Shown: piece after piece, positions 1 through 15,000 of the stretch
How positions within the stretch are numbered: the stretch's first letter is position 1
How the letters are laid out: each line of letters starts with the position of its first letter
Source of the DNA: Mytilus edulis
Taxonomy: Eukaryota
Reading direction: 5' to 3'
Assembly: GCF_963676685.1 (NCBI RefSeq)
Contig: NC_092345.1
Span: forward strand, 101,680,001-101,744,000
Length of the DNA stretch: 64,000 nucleotides
Notes under the pieces: generated by a model
What the model saw: the letters and a program-made list of their open reading frames with translations, nothing else
What the model was told of the DNA's origin: nothing
Database searches by the model: none
Program-made: the position numbers and the translations under genes

Positions 1-64
1 AAGACTTCCTCAAACCATGATAACAATGGTGAAGCTGTTCTAGCACTAAACAATCTATCCATAT
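1..64 (-). CDS. DNHD1: Dynein HC exon, runs off window (IWIDCLVLEQLHHCYHGLRKS)
   Basis: TTACAG acceptor, phase 0, open to the window edge. Confidence 0.85.
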   Translation of the reverse strand, partial: MWIDCLVLEQLHHCYHGLRKS

Positions 65-3000
65 CTGTAATAACAATTTAATGTTAGCAAAATTAACAAT
101 CTATCCATATCTGTAATAACAATTTAATGTAAGTAAAACAGTCTATCAAAATCTGCAATACAGTAACAATAAATATTATTAAAGTCATAAGAAACGAGTA
201 ACCGGTGAAAAATAATGTTCTTCCAATTCTTGAACCAATGCATACAAACATCATTAACTTAGTCTTCTGTGCACGAATTTATCATTTTTTTCGTGTAAAT
301 TTCGTATAATCGTTTTTTTTTTTTTCAATCGGTCAGTGTTGTTGTGAAAATATGGCAGGTAATTAAAGTTCGTGTTTAAGCCGAAGTTTAACGATTGTCA
401 CCTGTTTGTCAACAATAGACAAAAATCAACAAAAAAGCATGGAAATTGAGCACGTGTTTAACATGTAAATTGAGATAATAGTTTATTTTAAGTACATCCA
501 TGCGTATTGCGATCACCGGATTTTTACGAGATGGGTCACACTGAGGTCACTTTGCATACGGAAAATATGTCGGAGGAATTGCTTCCTGGAAGGAAGCAAT
601 TAAAATAAAGTAAACTTCTTCTAAATATGAATAAATTAAAGAATTTTCTTCAGAAAAAAGTATATGTACATAAGTTTTGTAATGAAAACTATCCATTGAG
701 TTATAAAAAAAACATATGCATTATTTTTTTTAATTTGAGGTTTCTTATGACTTTAAAAACAGACAACAAATCAGTTTACTTTATATTAATGATATCAGCA
801 AAAGAAATCTGAACTTTGGTAAACAACAAATAATATTTCTATATCTCATTTAAGGAGGTAGACATAGGTTAAGGGAAATAACTCTTAAAATCATCAGTAC
901 GTTTATGTCAACCATTTTTTAAGAATATATTCTAAGCTTCTAGGTTACATAGATTATTTTCAATCTGTTTCAGGTAAATGCTTAAAATACATGGATGAAC
1001 TTGACTTTTACAAACGCTTAACTGATTTAAAGAGTTATCTCCCTGAACCAAGGTCTACCCCCTTAAAATATCAATATAAGTTATCTGAAATAAATAGGAG
1101 TTTATTTTACAATATAACAAAAAATACAATATCATTGTAAACCAATATTTCATAATACACATGTACCAACTATAGTCACAAAAATTAAAAAATGCAATGA
1201 ATTGTCACTGATAGATGTTTGTTAGTTATACTTAAATGATCTCCTGAGGCCTGATGTAACAACATCATTTCATTATACAATTTAAACCCTCATACTTCTA
1301 TACTTGTGCATGAATCCCTACCTGTCCTGCCATCCAGCCTGGTTTACTGTCCATTAAAGGTAGCTCATCTATTCCTTGTTTATCAAAATTATTAATAAAT
1401 AAGCTTAATTCCTTGGTTGTGGCTTTCCCAGACATTCTTAACCTTTCCATGGAAACCAGTAACTGAAGCAATTGATAGTGTTGTTCAAACATCATCATAG
1501 ACACATATTTAAAGATGGCTGCCGATGAAGCATCTGCTAACTCTTGTGCTCTGGCTTGAGGTGCTCCTGTGTTACAAAACAATATTACCAATGTGACATA
1601 ACTTTGACCAATATAGTACTGATGATTTTACAATGGTTCCTACGTACTGTAGAATCTGAACATCTTGTTATAGCAGTAGTAAATGATAAATAGAAGCAAT
1701 GTTTCGAAAAAAATAAAGTTTACCAATAAAAAACAATCTTAATCTACATAAAAATTATGTTTTTAAAATATATTTGTTTTTTTGATAATGCAGACCAATA
1801 ATTACAATATCTCTAGTTATCATATAAAATGTTAAATAATTTCCGGGTCAAAGGTTATAGTTTACTTACCCACACTTCCCTTGCCCCTGTCCCTACTTTT
1901 CATCACACAACTGAATATCTCCACGAATACACTGAATGGTAGATAATAATAAGGATGTAGCACACACATCTTCTTTATCATGTTGTATAAAACAGTGATG
2001 TGTGTGATCATTATACGATAGTGTGCAAATTTCTCCTCCAAGTGGTCTCCCATGAAACGAGTTTCTTCTAGTATTTGCTTGTTCTTATGAATTTCCTCAT
2101 GGCAAGCTAGCAGAGAATTCAGCATGGTCTGATCTTCCAGCAGTGGTCCATCTAAGTTTAAGGTCTTCTCTCGAATCAGTTCCTGTATAGAAAATAGAGC
2201 ATATAAATATCTATATATAATTATTTTGCAAGTATGATGTGTCTTTTGGTTTCTTGTGGAGAGTTGTCTCATTGACAATCATACCATATCTTCTTTTTAT
2301 ATGGCAAGATGTTTGATAGTTACCTTGTGCATGTTGTGGGACATATTATTTAAAAAAAAATGTTCTTGTAAAGAGTTCAATTTTTAAGACAAAAAGGATA
2401 ACAAAAACTATAAATCTCCTTTAATTTCTGTCAAATAGTAAATATCTGGGATTTTTTTTTGCTTTGTTTGCTAATGGCAATTCACCACAAAATTTACCAT
2501 ACATGAACATTTCACTTTGAAAGTATAACAATAATGAACACAATAGAGATCTAAATGAATCTTCTCCAACAAACCTGACCCTAAAATAATCTGAAAAATA
2601 TAAGCCTTCTACAACCATAGGCAGGAATTAACAACTTACATGTTCTTTAGCTAGCCTTTGTCTGTGTAAGATAATGTCATTTTCATTGGATCGTTTTTGT
2701 CCCTCAAATTCTTTCTTCTCTACTTTCATTGTTTCACTGAGTAGGTGGTTCATTATAGCTTCATCACTGAGGGCCATGTTTATTACACACATTCTGTGTA
2801 TTGGGATACTGTGTAATCCATCACCTACAATATCATATTTATGTGGTAATTAATAAAATTCTAACTGCTGTTTTGAGACTGAAAAATTCTTCTTGTCACT
2901 GAAATTTTTTACTGGTCACTTTTAGCATTCAAATACAATACAGTTTTTTTATACAATTGGAGTGTATGTTTAAGCAAGGATTTGTATAGATCTTTCTATA

Positions 3001-6000
3001 CATATCCTTGGTTTAAGGTAGTCTTACTAAATTACAAACATTTTTTTTTTGCTAATTTGAGAAAAATGTGATTCATATAATGCTTTTTTAAAACTATAAT
3101 ATAAAGTATGCCTATAGACCTTTTTTTTCAAGCTACAGGTTTTGCGAAATGGTCAAATGTTGAATAAATTATACACGAACAAGAACACAACTTTAGTGTG
3201 ATAGAAAGATCATTACAAGATAGAATTTTAAGATAAAATATCTTAGATAACATTTAAGATAAAATATCTAAATGTAAGTTATCTCCCCTTATAAACAATG
3301 TTGAAAAATTTGAATCATACAAATGTTCTAAATTTAAAAAAAAATATGATGTAACAATAAGATAAAACACATAATTTTCTTTCTTTAGATGATGTCTTCA
3401 GAATGAGTTACATTCCTCACTAAAAATTTGAATACTTTATTACAGTTCTATATATATAGCTAGATTGTTGAAGACATCCTATTCATTAATACAGTTGTAA
3501 AATACTAATACTAATAAGTTATCTCCCCTTCCTATTATATTTACCTTTGAGGAAGAGTGGAACAGATGTACTAAGATATAGTTTGAAGTTTGGATGATAT
3601 CTGAACTCATATGTTCCAACTTTGATGATTTTATTTCCTTCTTTGTCAACAAAGAAATGCTTCAGCAATAATCCTCTAAATACTGGATCTAAGGATTTTC
3701 TCTCAATATGTGTAATCAGAATTGTTATACCTATAAACAACAAATAAGAATCCATTATAATGTATTAAGACTTTCTCTTTATATTTCTGGTTCTTTTGTT
3801 TGGTCATATTAGTTTTGTTAACATTATGATTGACATTCTAACAGTTTAAAGGATCAAATATTTACAATTCATGTTGAATAACAAATGTATATAAATTTAT
3901 ACACAAAATAAATAAAATACTGCAAAAAGTACTTTAGTTGACAATATGGGGGTTGTTTTATTTTGACCAGGAGTAACTGTTGTACTTTTTAAGATGTCAC
4001 AAACAAAAGTTGAGTTCTAAAAAATCTCTACTCACCATGTACAATGGCATTTATAAGTTTACTGTCCAGTGAGGGATCATCAGCTTCTATTATCCACAAA
4101 TTACTGTCTGGACGATCTAAGTTCTGTTCAGTATGGAGACTGAAGTTTTCCCAACTATTAGTAACAGAGGTCACAGGTCGAAGTTCTTCACTGTTCCATG
4201 TGTTACGTGAATGTCTTCCCATTGTACTGCAATCATAATAAATTAAACTTTTGTCAAATCAAGTGGGTAATGCCAGAGAAAATGCTTGGAGGAGTAATAT
4301 TAAAATAATGCTTCATAAAATTAGTGAATCAGAAACGCATTTCTGGATTTACCTTCATCAGGAACTCTCAAAAGCTAAAATTACCAGACAAGGATTAAAA
4401 ATTACTTTAATACATTTGGAGCTTTAAGGCCAAAAAGAGACATAAGAATAAAGAGGGGCCAACAGTCAACTTTGCCAGTGAGTGTCAGAATAAAGAGGGG
4501 CTAACAGTCAACTTTGCCAGTGAGCGTCAGAATAAAGAGGGGCCAACAGTCAACTTTACCAGTGAGCGTCAGAATAAAGAGGGGTCAACTTTGCCATTGA
4601 GATTCAGAATAAAGAGGGGCCAACAGTCAACTTTGCCAGTGAGCGTCAGAAGAAAGAAGGGCCAACAGTCAACTTTACCAGTGAGTGTCAGAAGAAAGAG
4701 GGGCCAACAGTCAACTTTACCCCACATTCAACTTTGCCAGTAACAGTCAACTTTACCAGTGAGCGTCAGAATAAAGAGGGGCCAACAGTCAACTTTACCA
4801 GTGAGTGTCAGAATAAAGAGGGGCCAACAGTCAACTTTGCCAGTAAGCGTCAGAATAAAGAGGGGCCAACAGTCAACTTTGCCAGTGAGCGTCAGAAGAA
4901 AGAGGGGTCAACAGTCAACTTTACCAGTGAGCGTCAGAATAAAGAGGGGCCAACAGTCAACTTTACCAGTGAGCGTCAGAATAAAGAGAAGTCAACTTTG
5001 CCAGTGAGCTTCAGAATAAAGAGGGGCCAAAAGTCAACTTTGCCAGTGAGCGTCAGAAGAAAGAGGGGCCAACAGTCAACTTTGCCAGTGAGCATCAGAA
5101 TAAAGAGGGGCCAACAGTCAACTTTGCCAGTGAGCGTCAGAAGAAAGAGGGGCCAACAGTCAACTTTGCCAGTGAGCGTCAGAATAAAGAGGGGCCAACA
5201 GTCAACTTTACCAGTGAGCGTCAGAATAAAGAGGGGCCAACAGTCAACTTTACCAGTGAGCGTCAGAATAAAGAGGGGCCAACAGTCAACTTTGCCAGTG
5301 AGAGTCAGGATATTAGTTTTTAACTACAGATGCTTTTTATATAGCATAATTGATGACTACAAAATATTAACTACTTGTACATCTTTGAAGGTAAACCAGC
5401 CAACTAAACAATATCACACTAATTAAATGTAAGTTTACACATCAAGATAAGTCATATGAGAAAATATCAGGTTAATAAAAAGATAAATGGTAAACTGACT
5501 GAGTGTCAATGAGAGTGAGTGATAAGTAATAATGCTAAAGCTTAAAGCCTTAGAAATAATCATTCAAAACTGATTTCTGAAGGTAGATGCAGTATACTGC
5601 TGCATTGCTTCTTATAAATATTAAATTTGATTAGCTGAAAACTACTGAATTATAATACCACTACAAGAAAGAGAGCGATCAGCTGACTTACGACTCGTCT
5701 GATTGAAAATGAACTCTAACACTGTCATCTCTGAAATACATAACTTTTCAAATTGTATTTAATCTGCAAACTTATTTTATCTGCAAACTTATTCAATCTA
5801 CTATGTATTTCTCATACTTCATCAACTTCTGTCTCATTTATGAATTAAAAAAAAAAAAATTGTTTCTAAAATAATCTGGAATTCAGGGGATGGGGTAATC
5901 AACAATCTACACACTTTTTAGTGACATAATTTTAGAACAAATAGATAGGTAATTTAACTTTTTCACTTCTTGAAAATCAACCAACAATCAATCTTACTAT

Positions 6001-9000
6001 TAAAGTTTTGGGTTCATACAGAAATAAATCCCCAAAAATAATGAAATATTCCAAAAATTAAAACTATGATCAAAATTTTAATAAAATTTGAAATATATTA
6101 TACATTTATTCTTTTAGGAAAATATTAGCAAAATCTTCATTGAAATGACTTAGGCATTTATCTACCTCAGAGCTGTCATTAGTTTTAAAATATTTGAAAT
6201 CTAATCATTCTTAAAAAGGTAGGAGATCCTTAGGCAAATATATTTTTCAGGTTAGGTGAAATATTCTATCACTATATTAAAACCATTTCATGATTCTTGA
6301 AAAGGTTACCTAAAAATCTAGGTAGAAAATAAAATAATGCAAATCAAGTTACTTTTAATGGTTGCTAAATCATCTGGTCTATTTAAATAGCAATGAAGGT
6401 AAAACTTATACATCCAGGACCAAAATAAAAGACCTACATCTTTCTCAACTTCAGACCCTAAAAGAACTTTTACATTTGTTATCAAAACCTTTGACAAAAT
6501 GGATTGATAATAAATGTAGGGTGAGATCTTACCTCTTAGTATAATCTGTAGTAGTAAGAGTATTGGTAGATGCTGTACGGTCATCAGTATACACATCAGA
6601 GTAAGTCAGAGTTGTTCCACGACTAGGTGGTAACTGACCAGAACTACTCTTACTTCTGTTGGATTCAAGAGGAATTCCTTAAATAATAAATATCATTTTA
6701 TAAAATCAGTCAAAAATACTTAAGGAATTATTGTAATATTTTTCTGTCTATGAATAACATCAAAAATGTGGTGCACAATAAATAACCTGCGTAGCAGATT
6801 ATTTTACAGTGTGAACCACATTTTTTATGTTATTTGGAATAGAAATAAAAAATATTACAGTTATTTCTTATAATTTAAATCTAAATTCCATTTTAAACCA
6901 GAGTAAACCATGAAAAAACGTTGATGACGTCACGTCACATTACTAAATTATGTCTACAAGATGATAAACAAAACAACGTCAGCCAATCAGAAGATGTGTT
7001 ACATCCAAAATTAAATTATTTCTTAATAGAACAATAATTCACAAAGCAAACCATTTCAAGGACAGCTATAATTCTTTTTGTGGAAAGATTTTCTGAATCA
7101 AAATAACCTTAAACTTACCAAAATATATTTTACAATTGAGAATGGAAATAGGGAATGTGTCAAAGAGACATCAACTTGACAAAAAAACAGAAAAAATAAT
7201 CTTTCACCATCTATCTGGCTTTTTACAAGAACAAATAAATAAAACTGACAATTGAAAAGATAAATAATTATTAATTCTAATGTTTTGGCAGAATCTAAAT
7301 TTGAAAAAATCAGGAAATAATTTTGCACTCACCATCTAATTCATCAGGAGTACTCTCTTGTACATCTTTCTCTGTAAATACGTTTTTACTATTCTGAACT
7401 GTCTTTACCCATAATTCAGCCTGATTGTCTGGATCAATCAACATTGGCCAGCAGTGCTTACGATTGTGACAACTCACTCTCATCAAAAGTGCATTCTGTA
7501 TGGAATGTAGGTCAGTTGGTAGATTGGACAGACGCCAATTACTCAACTCATCAAAATCACTGAGAATCTCTTGTAGAGTAAAATTATTCCTATTCATTAA
7601 TGTGCTCTGCTCGTCCTCATCATCAGAATCTTCGAACTCAATAGTTTGTGTCTGATCATACTCAAAACTTTCTTGTTTCTTCAGTTCTGATTTGTAATAT
7701 TTACTGGTATCGTAGACAGCAGGTGGGTATTTATATGTCTTTATTTCTGGTAGTGATGGCATGTCCAGAGTACTCTCACTACCTACACTACTTTCTGTAA
7801 CAGTACGTGACATACTACTCGTTGTGTCAAACTCTTTATGTCCATCAAACAAACCCTCTAAGTTGGAACTTAATGGGAAAACATCTTCTCCAAGTTTCTT
7901 TGTCATTTTGTAAATTCCATGTTTTGATCTGTCCTGCCAATCATGCAGAAGTTCTGCTCGCCATTTATCCTCCAGAGGGCCATGATAACAGACACAAGCT
8001 GCTGTAATCAGAGCATCACCAGGTGATGTGAGCACATTACGACGGGCCTTTCTCAGCTCTGATTTCCACAAGTAATGCTGCATAGACATATGTTCCATCA
8101 GATTCACAGCTCTGGCTATCTTTCTCTCTATGGCCTATAACAAATATCTCAGTGCTAATAACATATATAAAAATATCAATAAAATATGATGTATTTTCAC
8201 TTTTTCACTAAAAATATGGAGATTTTGGTTTCAAGAATATCACATAACAATATTGAACTCTTGTTCTCAATTTAGCTGTATTTTTTTTTTTGACAATCCT
8301 GCATACCATCTGGTATCTACTTTTAAAAGGGAACGCTAACAGCACAAAAATAACGGAGTTGGTTTTGGCAGTTCTTTATTTCTTTTTTTTAAATATCAAA
8401 TTATGTAAAATATCTCATCTAATGATGAACAAATATCAGCTGCCTCTAAACCTCATCTTGTTTACTGCAGCAATTTGAAAGCCTGAATACTTCAATAATT
8501 GAAACATAATTTGTCAGTCCCCAAATCCTTTTTAGCAATCAAATATTGGTACAAATCTGTCAGTTTGTCTACATGTTCATTCCATGATTCTAAACATCAC
8601 TATGAACTGCATTTCCCAAAAGTAAAATAAAAATCATTCTTGCAGTAAACTTTACTATATCCCAATTGAATTTCTTCCCCATTGATAAATATCTTGGTAT
8701 CCCTCAAATATACAACATTACTGTTTAGAAACCCAAGAATTCAATGTGACGTTTTGCAGGCGTGGGTAAGGAACTTCTATTGTAACATCATTCTATTATG
8801 TTGTTGGTACTTTATATCTCAATGTGCTACTGCAATACAATTATACAGCTTACAACTTTAGTTTCATTTACAATATTATGGTGCCATGACCAGGAAACTA
8901 ATTTCCGAATTACTGACTAACCTGCATATGCCTCTCTATTGTCTTTGCTCTCTTGACAGCAGCTTTGTGTGATGTAATCACCCTCTCTAGGGCACTCTTT

Positions 9001-12000
9001 ATTCTGTTAGCTTCCACTCTCAACTGTCCAAGCTTAGCTTGGGCCTAAAACAATAAAGCTGTTATTATTATTTTGCAATACAAAGACAAAAACTACTGTC
9101 AGTTTTTTCTAAATATGTCAGGTAAAAATAGTCAAGCTTTGAGAAAATAATGTCTTTATGGAATTTTTATCTCCCAAATTTTAACCAAAACAAATCAATT
9201 TTGTTATTTTGTAAGTTAACAGATTTTTTTTTACCATTATGTGAGATTAAATGATTAAAAATATCATCTTTCAGACTTTGCCCAGTGAACAGATCTAACA
9301 AACAAAAAAGTATTTTGTGCATACTTAGCAATTGTTTAACAAACCTGAGTAAATTTATCCTCATGTTCCAGTAAATTACGTAATCTTGGCTGCATGTTAC
9401 GATGTATGTGTGCATATTTATATACAGCATGTACCCAGATACAAACATTAGTCGCTGACAGACTGACTTGTTTGACTAAGTCAGGATCAAACAGAGGATT
9501 AAAGACAAAAGTCTTCAGTTCTTCAAAGATGTCATCTGGGATGTGGTCCTTGTCAAAGAACATCATCTCTTCCATAAAGTTATCTCTAATCAATAATAAC
9601 TTAGCATTCTCCCAACTGTAAATAAATATATATAAATATAAATGTCATATTAGACATAAAAGGTAAGCAACATTTAAAGACTTCCGGACTACTGTATTGA
9701 TGCACAATTCACAGTAAGTGAAAATAATTGGCATATAGGCAATCATACCACATCTTCTTGTTATAAAGAGGAAATATAAAATATAACTGTAACCTCTTTC
9801 GATTGAGATATTGTGCACAAATGAAAGTAATGCAAATGTGATTAAATTTGTAGCATTTACAAATGGTATTCTTAAAAGTATATGGTGGGAGATTTTTAGA
9901 GCAAATGGTCATAATTTTATTTTTGATTTTAGCTTGGAAGTGAAAAATATAGACCTTATTCATACTATAAACCATATTGATCTCATAAAGAAATGCCGGT
10001 TAGGACCTTTAAGAATCATCATGTAAATCAGGAAGGAGAAAATGAGTATGAGAATTGAAATTTGATGATAAAATTAAACAAAATCATTAAATAAGAGAAA
10101 TAACTGTTTTCCTTTCTGACATCTAATCAATACTTATATGACTTCCAGTAACTTTGGAAAAAAGCTTTAATGACAAATTATAAAATGTCCAGCTACTCAC
10201 TATGGATAATAGAGAAAATCTTTGATTATAAAATAAATACTTACTCTTGTGGTACTTTGAATAACAAACATAAAGCTTTGACAACAAATTTGACAAGTTC
10301 TGGTGGTTCTCTGAAAGACTTGACTTCCTCCAGATCATTTCTATTGATCACATTAAGGGCTGTCAGAGCTGCTTGGTAGTTGGGGTTCACCTGTTCAAAT
10401 TCAAAAATTACATGTAAATTGTTTTGTCTGGGTTGTTTCTAAGTAAAGTTATACTGATTCTGTTGTAAGTTAGTTTTAGGAGATAACTGTATTGTATTTT
10501 AAACTCTGACAGCATCAATTGGTGATTTGGTGGTCGCAAAAGTAACAGGTAAACAGGTATTTGCGACCATCAAATCACCAATTGATGCCGTCATAGCTTA
10601 AAATACAATATTGTTATCTCCGTTCTAATGAAACTGACAGAAAAGATGTCAAATCATACATTTAAACTGAACTTTAAAAACAATGTTGCATTAGAATATC
10701 AAATGATATCTTTAATAATTAATTGATATTCATGTAGATATGCCTTTCTATCAATAGCAAAAATATGGAAAAATAAAAGAAGAATAAGATGAAACTGGGT
10801 TAAAACTATACATAATTATAAATAAACTCAGATGGTTGATTCTCTTTTTTGTGCCACCTCTGCCTTGGATTGCAGCATTCAAGATTTGGTCCAAAGTGTG
10901 ATCCCATGTTATGGTACTGTATATCCATTTCAAGTCTTGTGTTTGAGTCAAATTCCAACTATATGTGCATAATTTCAACTAACTCAAATCACACTAATTT
11001 ATATAATAACCACAGATTAATTTGGATCAACTAATATAACTGTGGTTTTGTAATAAAGCCATATTAAATGTGCAGGCAATATGCATTCAGCCAAAGCTCA
11101 CTGAATTCAAATGTCTATTTTTTTTAAATACTCTACAAATTGTGGAACCAATATACCAGTGACATCATATTCTAGCAAAATAAACTACACACAAAAAGTT
11201 ATAATTTTACCCTATACTGTGTCGCAGTGAAATATTCAACAGACTCCGAACTAGGAGATCTCTTGAAGAACGACTGAAGAAAAAGATTTACATGGTACTA
11301 GGTATAACTTAAATATGATATAGTTTTTATTTGCCTGTAAGTCCATAAATGTACAGTATTTCTCATATTGTGTCCATTTAAAATTGTACATTATTTTTGT
11401 ATTTCTGCTGAATATGTCAGATATCCAGAAAGCATGAAAATGTTGCACAGAAACAACAATACAGTTTGAAAAAAGTAAAGCATAGATATATGTTCCTTTG
11501 CTTATCATCAAGAGGTTTAGGTTCACTATTTTAAGGAAAAATTTTGCAAAATAAGAGAAAGCAAAAGAATCGGGATATCACTTTCAGGGCAAAATAATTG
11601 AAAAAATCAGATTATATACAAATATGACACTAGCAGTTATAAATAGATAAATATCAGATACAATGTAAACAAGTGCTTACCCTATCAAAATCTGTTTGTG
11701 CCTCTTTTCTCAGTTGTTCTAGAGGTCCCTGTAAAGCTTCAATTTTCTGTTCTTGGTCTTTACATCTATCCAAGGCCTACAATATTTTAACATAGAATCT
11801 TTATTTATTGTTCCACTTTCCTACATCATTACTTCTATTAGTAACACAGTGAGGTTCACATATTCTAAGTCTTTCTTTCTTTCTTTCTTTAAATTAACAT
11901 TAAATTATTATATAGTTTCTAGATTTTGGGATAAAATACTGCTGTGCTAATGCTAATTATACTGCATACCAAATATCATTGTCACATCATTAGTGGAAAA

Positions 12001-15000
12001 CCTTTAACTCACATTCATCAACACTAACATTGTTTTCAATTGAATTTTTGATTAAAAAAATTATGAATGAATACTCCAAACCACATCCATACTTGTAAGT
12101 ACAGTAAGTATTTATTCTAAACTTGAGTATAAGATATTTACAGCAATATATTGTTCTTTCTGGTCCTCGACTCTGGCCACCAGATCTTTGATTTCATCTG
12201 TAGCAGATTTGTACTTTGGTGTCAGTTCTGAAACTTCTCTTTTGTATTCATTTATACTTCCAAATGCTTCATTCACTTTACCTAAAGCTTGCTCGTGTTT
12301 ACCTATATTCTCCTACAAACATTAAAACAAGGTTTAATATGTATACCAGAATCTTATGAGAATATAGGGTTATTCCCGAGTAGAATTTTATATTGCACGA
12401 GCTTGCGAGTGCAATATATGTTCTACGAGGGACAATATTCCCCAATATTCATGCAATAACCCCTTTATTGTATAGCAATATAATATTTAAAAGGAAAAAT
12501 GGGTTTAAACTAAGATTTTGTCGTTGATGACGTCATGAATTTTGAAGATTTATTTGACTAGTGCAATATTAGAATTTATTGCACGCTAACTTTTGGTTAC
12601 TTTCTGTGGGAAATATTATATATTGCTATAGCCATTACAAGAACTCTCATCCTGATATTGGATACATATATTTGCAGGCAGATATCACAATATCTAATCT
12701 GGCATTTTAGTCCAAGCTGTGTTTGCATATTTAACTGCATTCTTTGGAAAATAGGTTTATATCATTCTAAAATATCAGAATTGTTTTCAAAAATATAAGC
12801 TATACAACTTGATATCTATTATAGAATTAGAAGAATAAGAATATTATATCAATGATTATTTTAATTCCTTATCATTTTCATGTGTTCTTTATTTGTATTA
12901 AATAATATCTTATAAATGGCAACACTCACAATTTCCATTTTGACTATATGAGCTGATATTAATCTAAACAGGTGAACAAACTCCATGAAGGTTAAAGGAG
13001 AATAGAATCTCAGTGGCTCCCTCTGGTGGCAAAACTGTCTTTCTATTACAGCCTTAGATGAGAGGTGCATGTAAGCCATAGCATGGGCTGTCAGTGAAAT
13101 CTGGTCCAACATTCTTGTAGGATGCCATGGTATAGGTACCTGATGATGAAAGATAAAATTCTTGTAAAATTTTAGTCAGCAACAAAATAGAGCAGTCAAA
13201 TGTTGTATACTTGAATAAAAAAAGGATGGCACAATGTCATTAGTTACAGTTTATATAGTGGTTGGAACATGAATTGTCTATTATAATGTCATTAGTTACA
13301 GTTTATATATTGGTTGGAATATTGAATTGCCTATTTGATATAGGTGATTAACATTTCACATTTTCAATCCACACCTCTGCTAATGAACTGTGAGCTCTAA
13401 AACATGTGAAGTATGATCTTACTTTTGACATTATCTCTTTATGACAACATGTCTTTCTGTAACCATGACCTTTTTGTCAAACATCAACTTATTTTACTAG
13501 TTCAACATGGATTTCTGATATATTTGACTCCTGACCATTAATTCATGAATCAGAAATTATCATTTTGATCTTTGACTCCTTACCTTTGTCCTCTGATCCC
13601 TGAGCCACACTTCAGCTATCTTGACATAAGCTTCAAATGTCCATGGCTTGTACAGGTCTACAGAAACTGCATGTTTTACAAGTCCTGGATATTCACTAAG
13701 TTTACTGTGTAAATTATTGAAATTACTGGAGAAACTATTTCCTGAAGAAAAGTAATAGAATTGTTATTGAACTCACGGTTAAATCAAAACTTTATCCAGC
13801 TGATCCTTGTAATAAATATCACATACATATTTTTTATGCAGAATTCTAAATGTTTGAAAACACTGTCATTAATCTCATTATTCTAATATTTGTCCATATC
13901 TTAATAAACTGCTAACAGTTTGCATTGAAATAAAAAATAGTATTTGAAAACAGAATATATCAGGTTTTGAAAATATTAAAACTGTGTTCAAATTCAAAGG
14001 AAATTTAACCAGAATTGAAGGCTACAACTGTTGCCTTTTAGGAATTTCCATATAGTAAATCTCATCCTGAGTTTTAATAAAAGTAAGTCAAATGAAGGTG
14101 ATATCCAGGTGACAGAAATAATTTAATACGTGTTCTCTTTTAAAAAAATGATTTAAGATTTTGTACAGATTTAACAAAGAAAACTGAGACACACAATCAA
14201 ACAGGGTCAATAGATGACTTTATTACCTTTACTACTGAGACAAACAATCACATGAAGGTTATGTCTGACTTTCTTCAGGAATCGTTCAAATGCTTGTTCT
14301 ATCTTATCTACTCTCTTGGTCTGGACCCCACCAGGCATCATATGGGAGACTATAGACTGTATCTCATCTTCATTGTATAGTCCTGGACTTGTACCTAAAT
14401 TATAAACAACAATAAAGTTAATAAGTAATAAGGGAGACTTTAAAATGTATTATATCGGCAGCTTGGCTATTCTTGATAAAAAAAAAAACCAGCACTGTTG
14501 AAAGGCACTTTATCCTGTCATGATTTCAGACAGTAATGTTGTCTAACAAAAAAAAAACTATTTTTAGTTGCTATGACCCTGATATTAGGTCAAAATCATA
14601 TATAATATTACTTTCTTCTATAAAAGGCTGCAATCCCAAAGTGTGTGACCAAGCATCTGAAACCCCAAAAGACTGATTGACTGATGGGATACAATCTGTA
14701 TACTTTTAAATTGTGGTATGGGGTATGAAAATGAACTATGAATATGATTTAAAAAAAACAAAACAGTTGAAACTTATCAACCAAACATGGAAATTTAATC
14801 TAGCCTAAACAAAATAATGTTCCTTGACCCTGAATCCTCAAATACAACCTTTGTTGACATATCTGTATGTAAACTTTTCAATGAACCAGAATGTGTACTT
14901 TAATATGGAACATTACATGCCACAACCATCAACAATTATGTCTATTTAGATGAAAACAAAGATTGTCAATGAAATGTGTATGCATCTTGTTCTCCTGTCC

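Noticed and set aside
4734-5426. 230-aa repetitive ORF on the + strand
   Set aside because: Read-through of the 42-bp minisatellite; the peptide frame switches at shortened units, and there is no splice or domain evidence.
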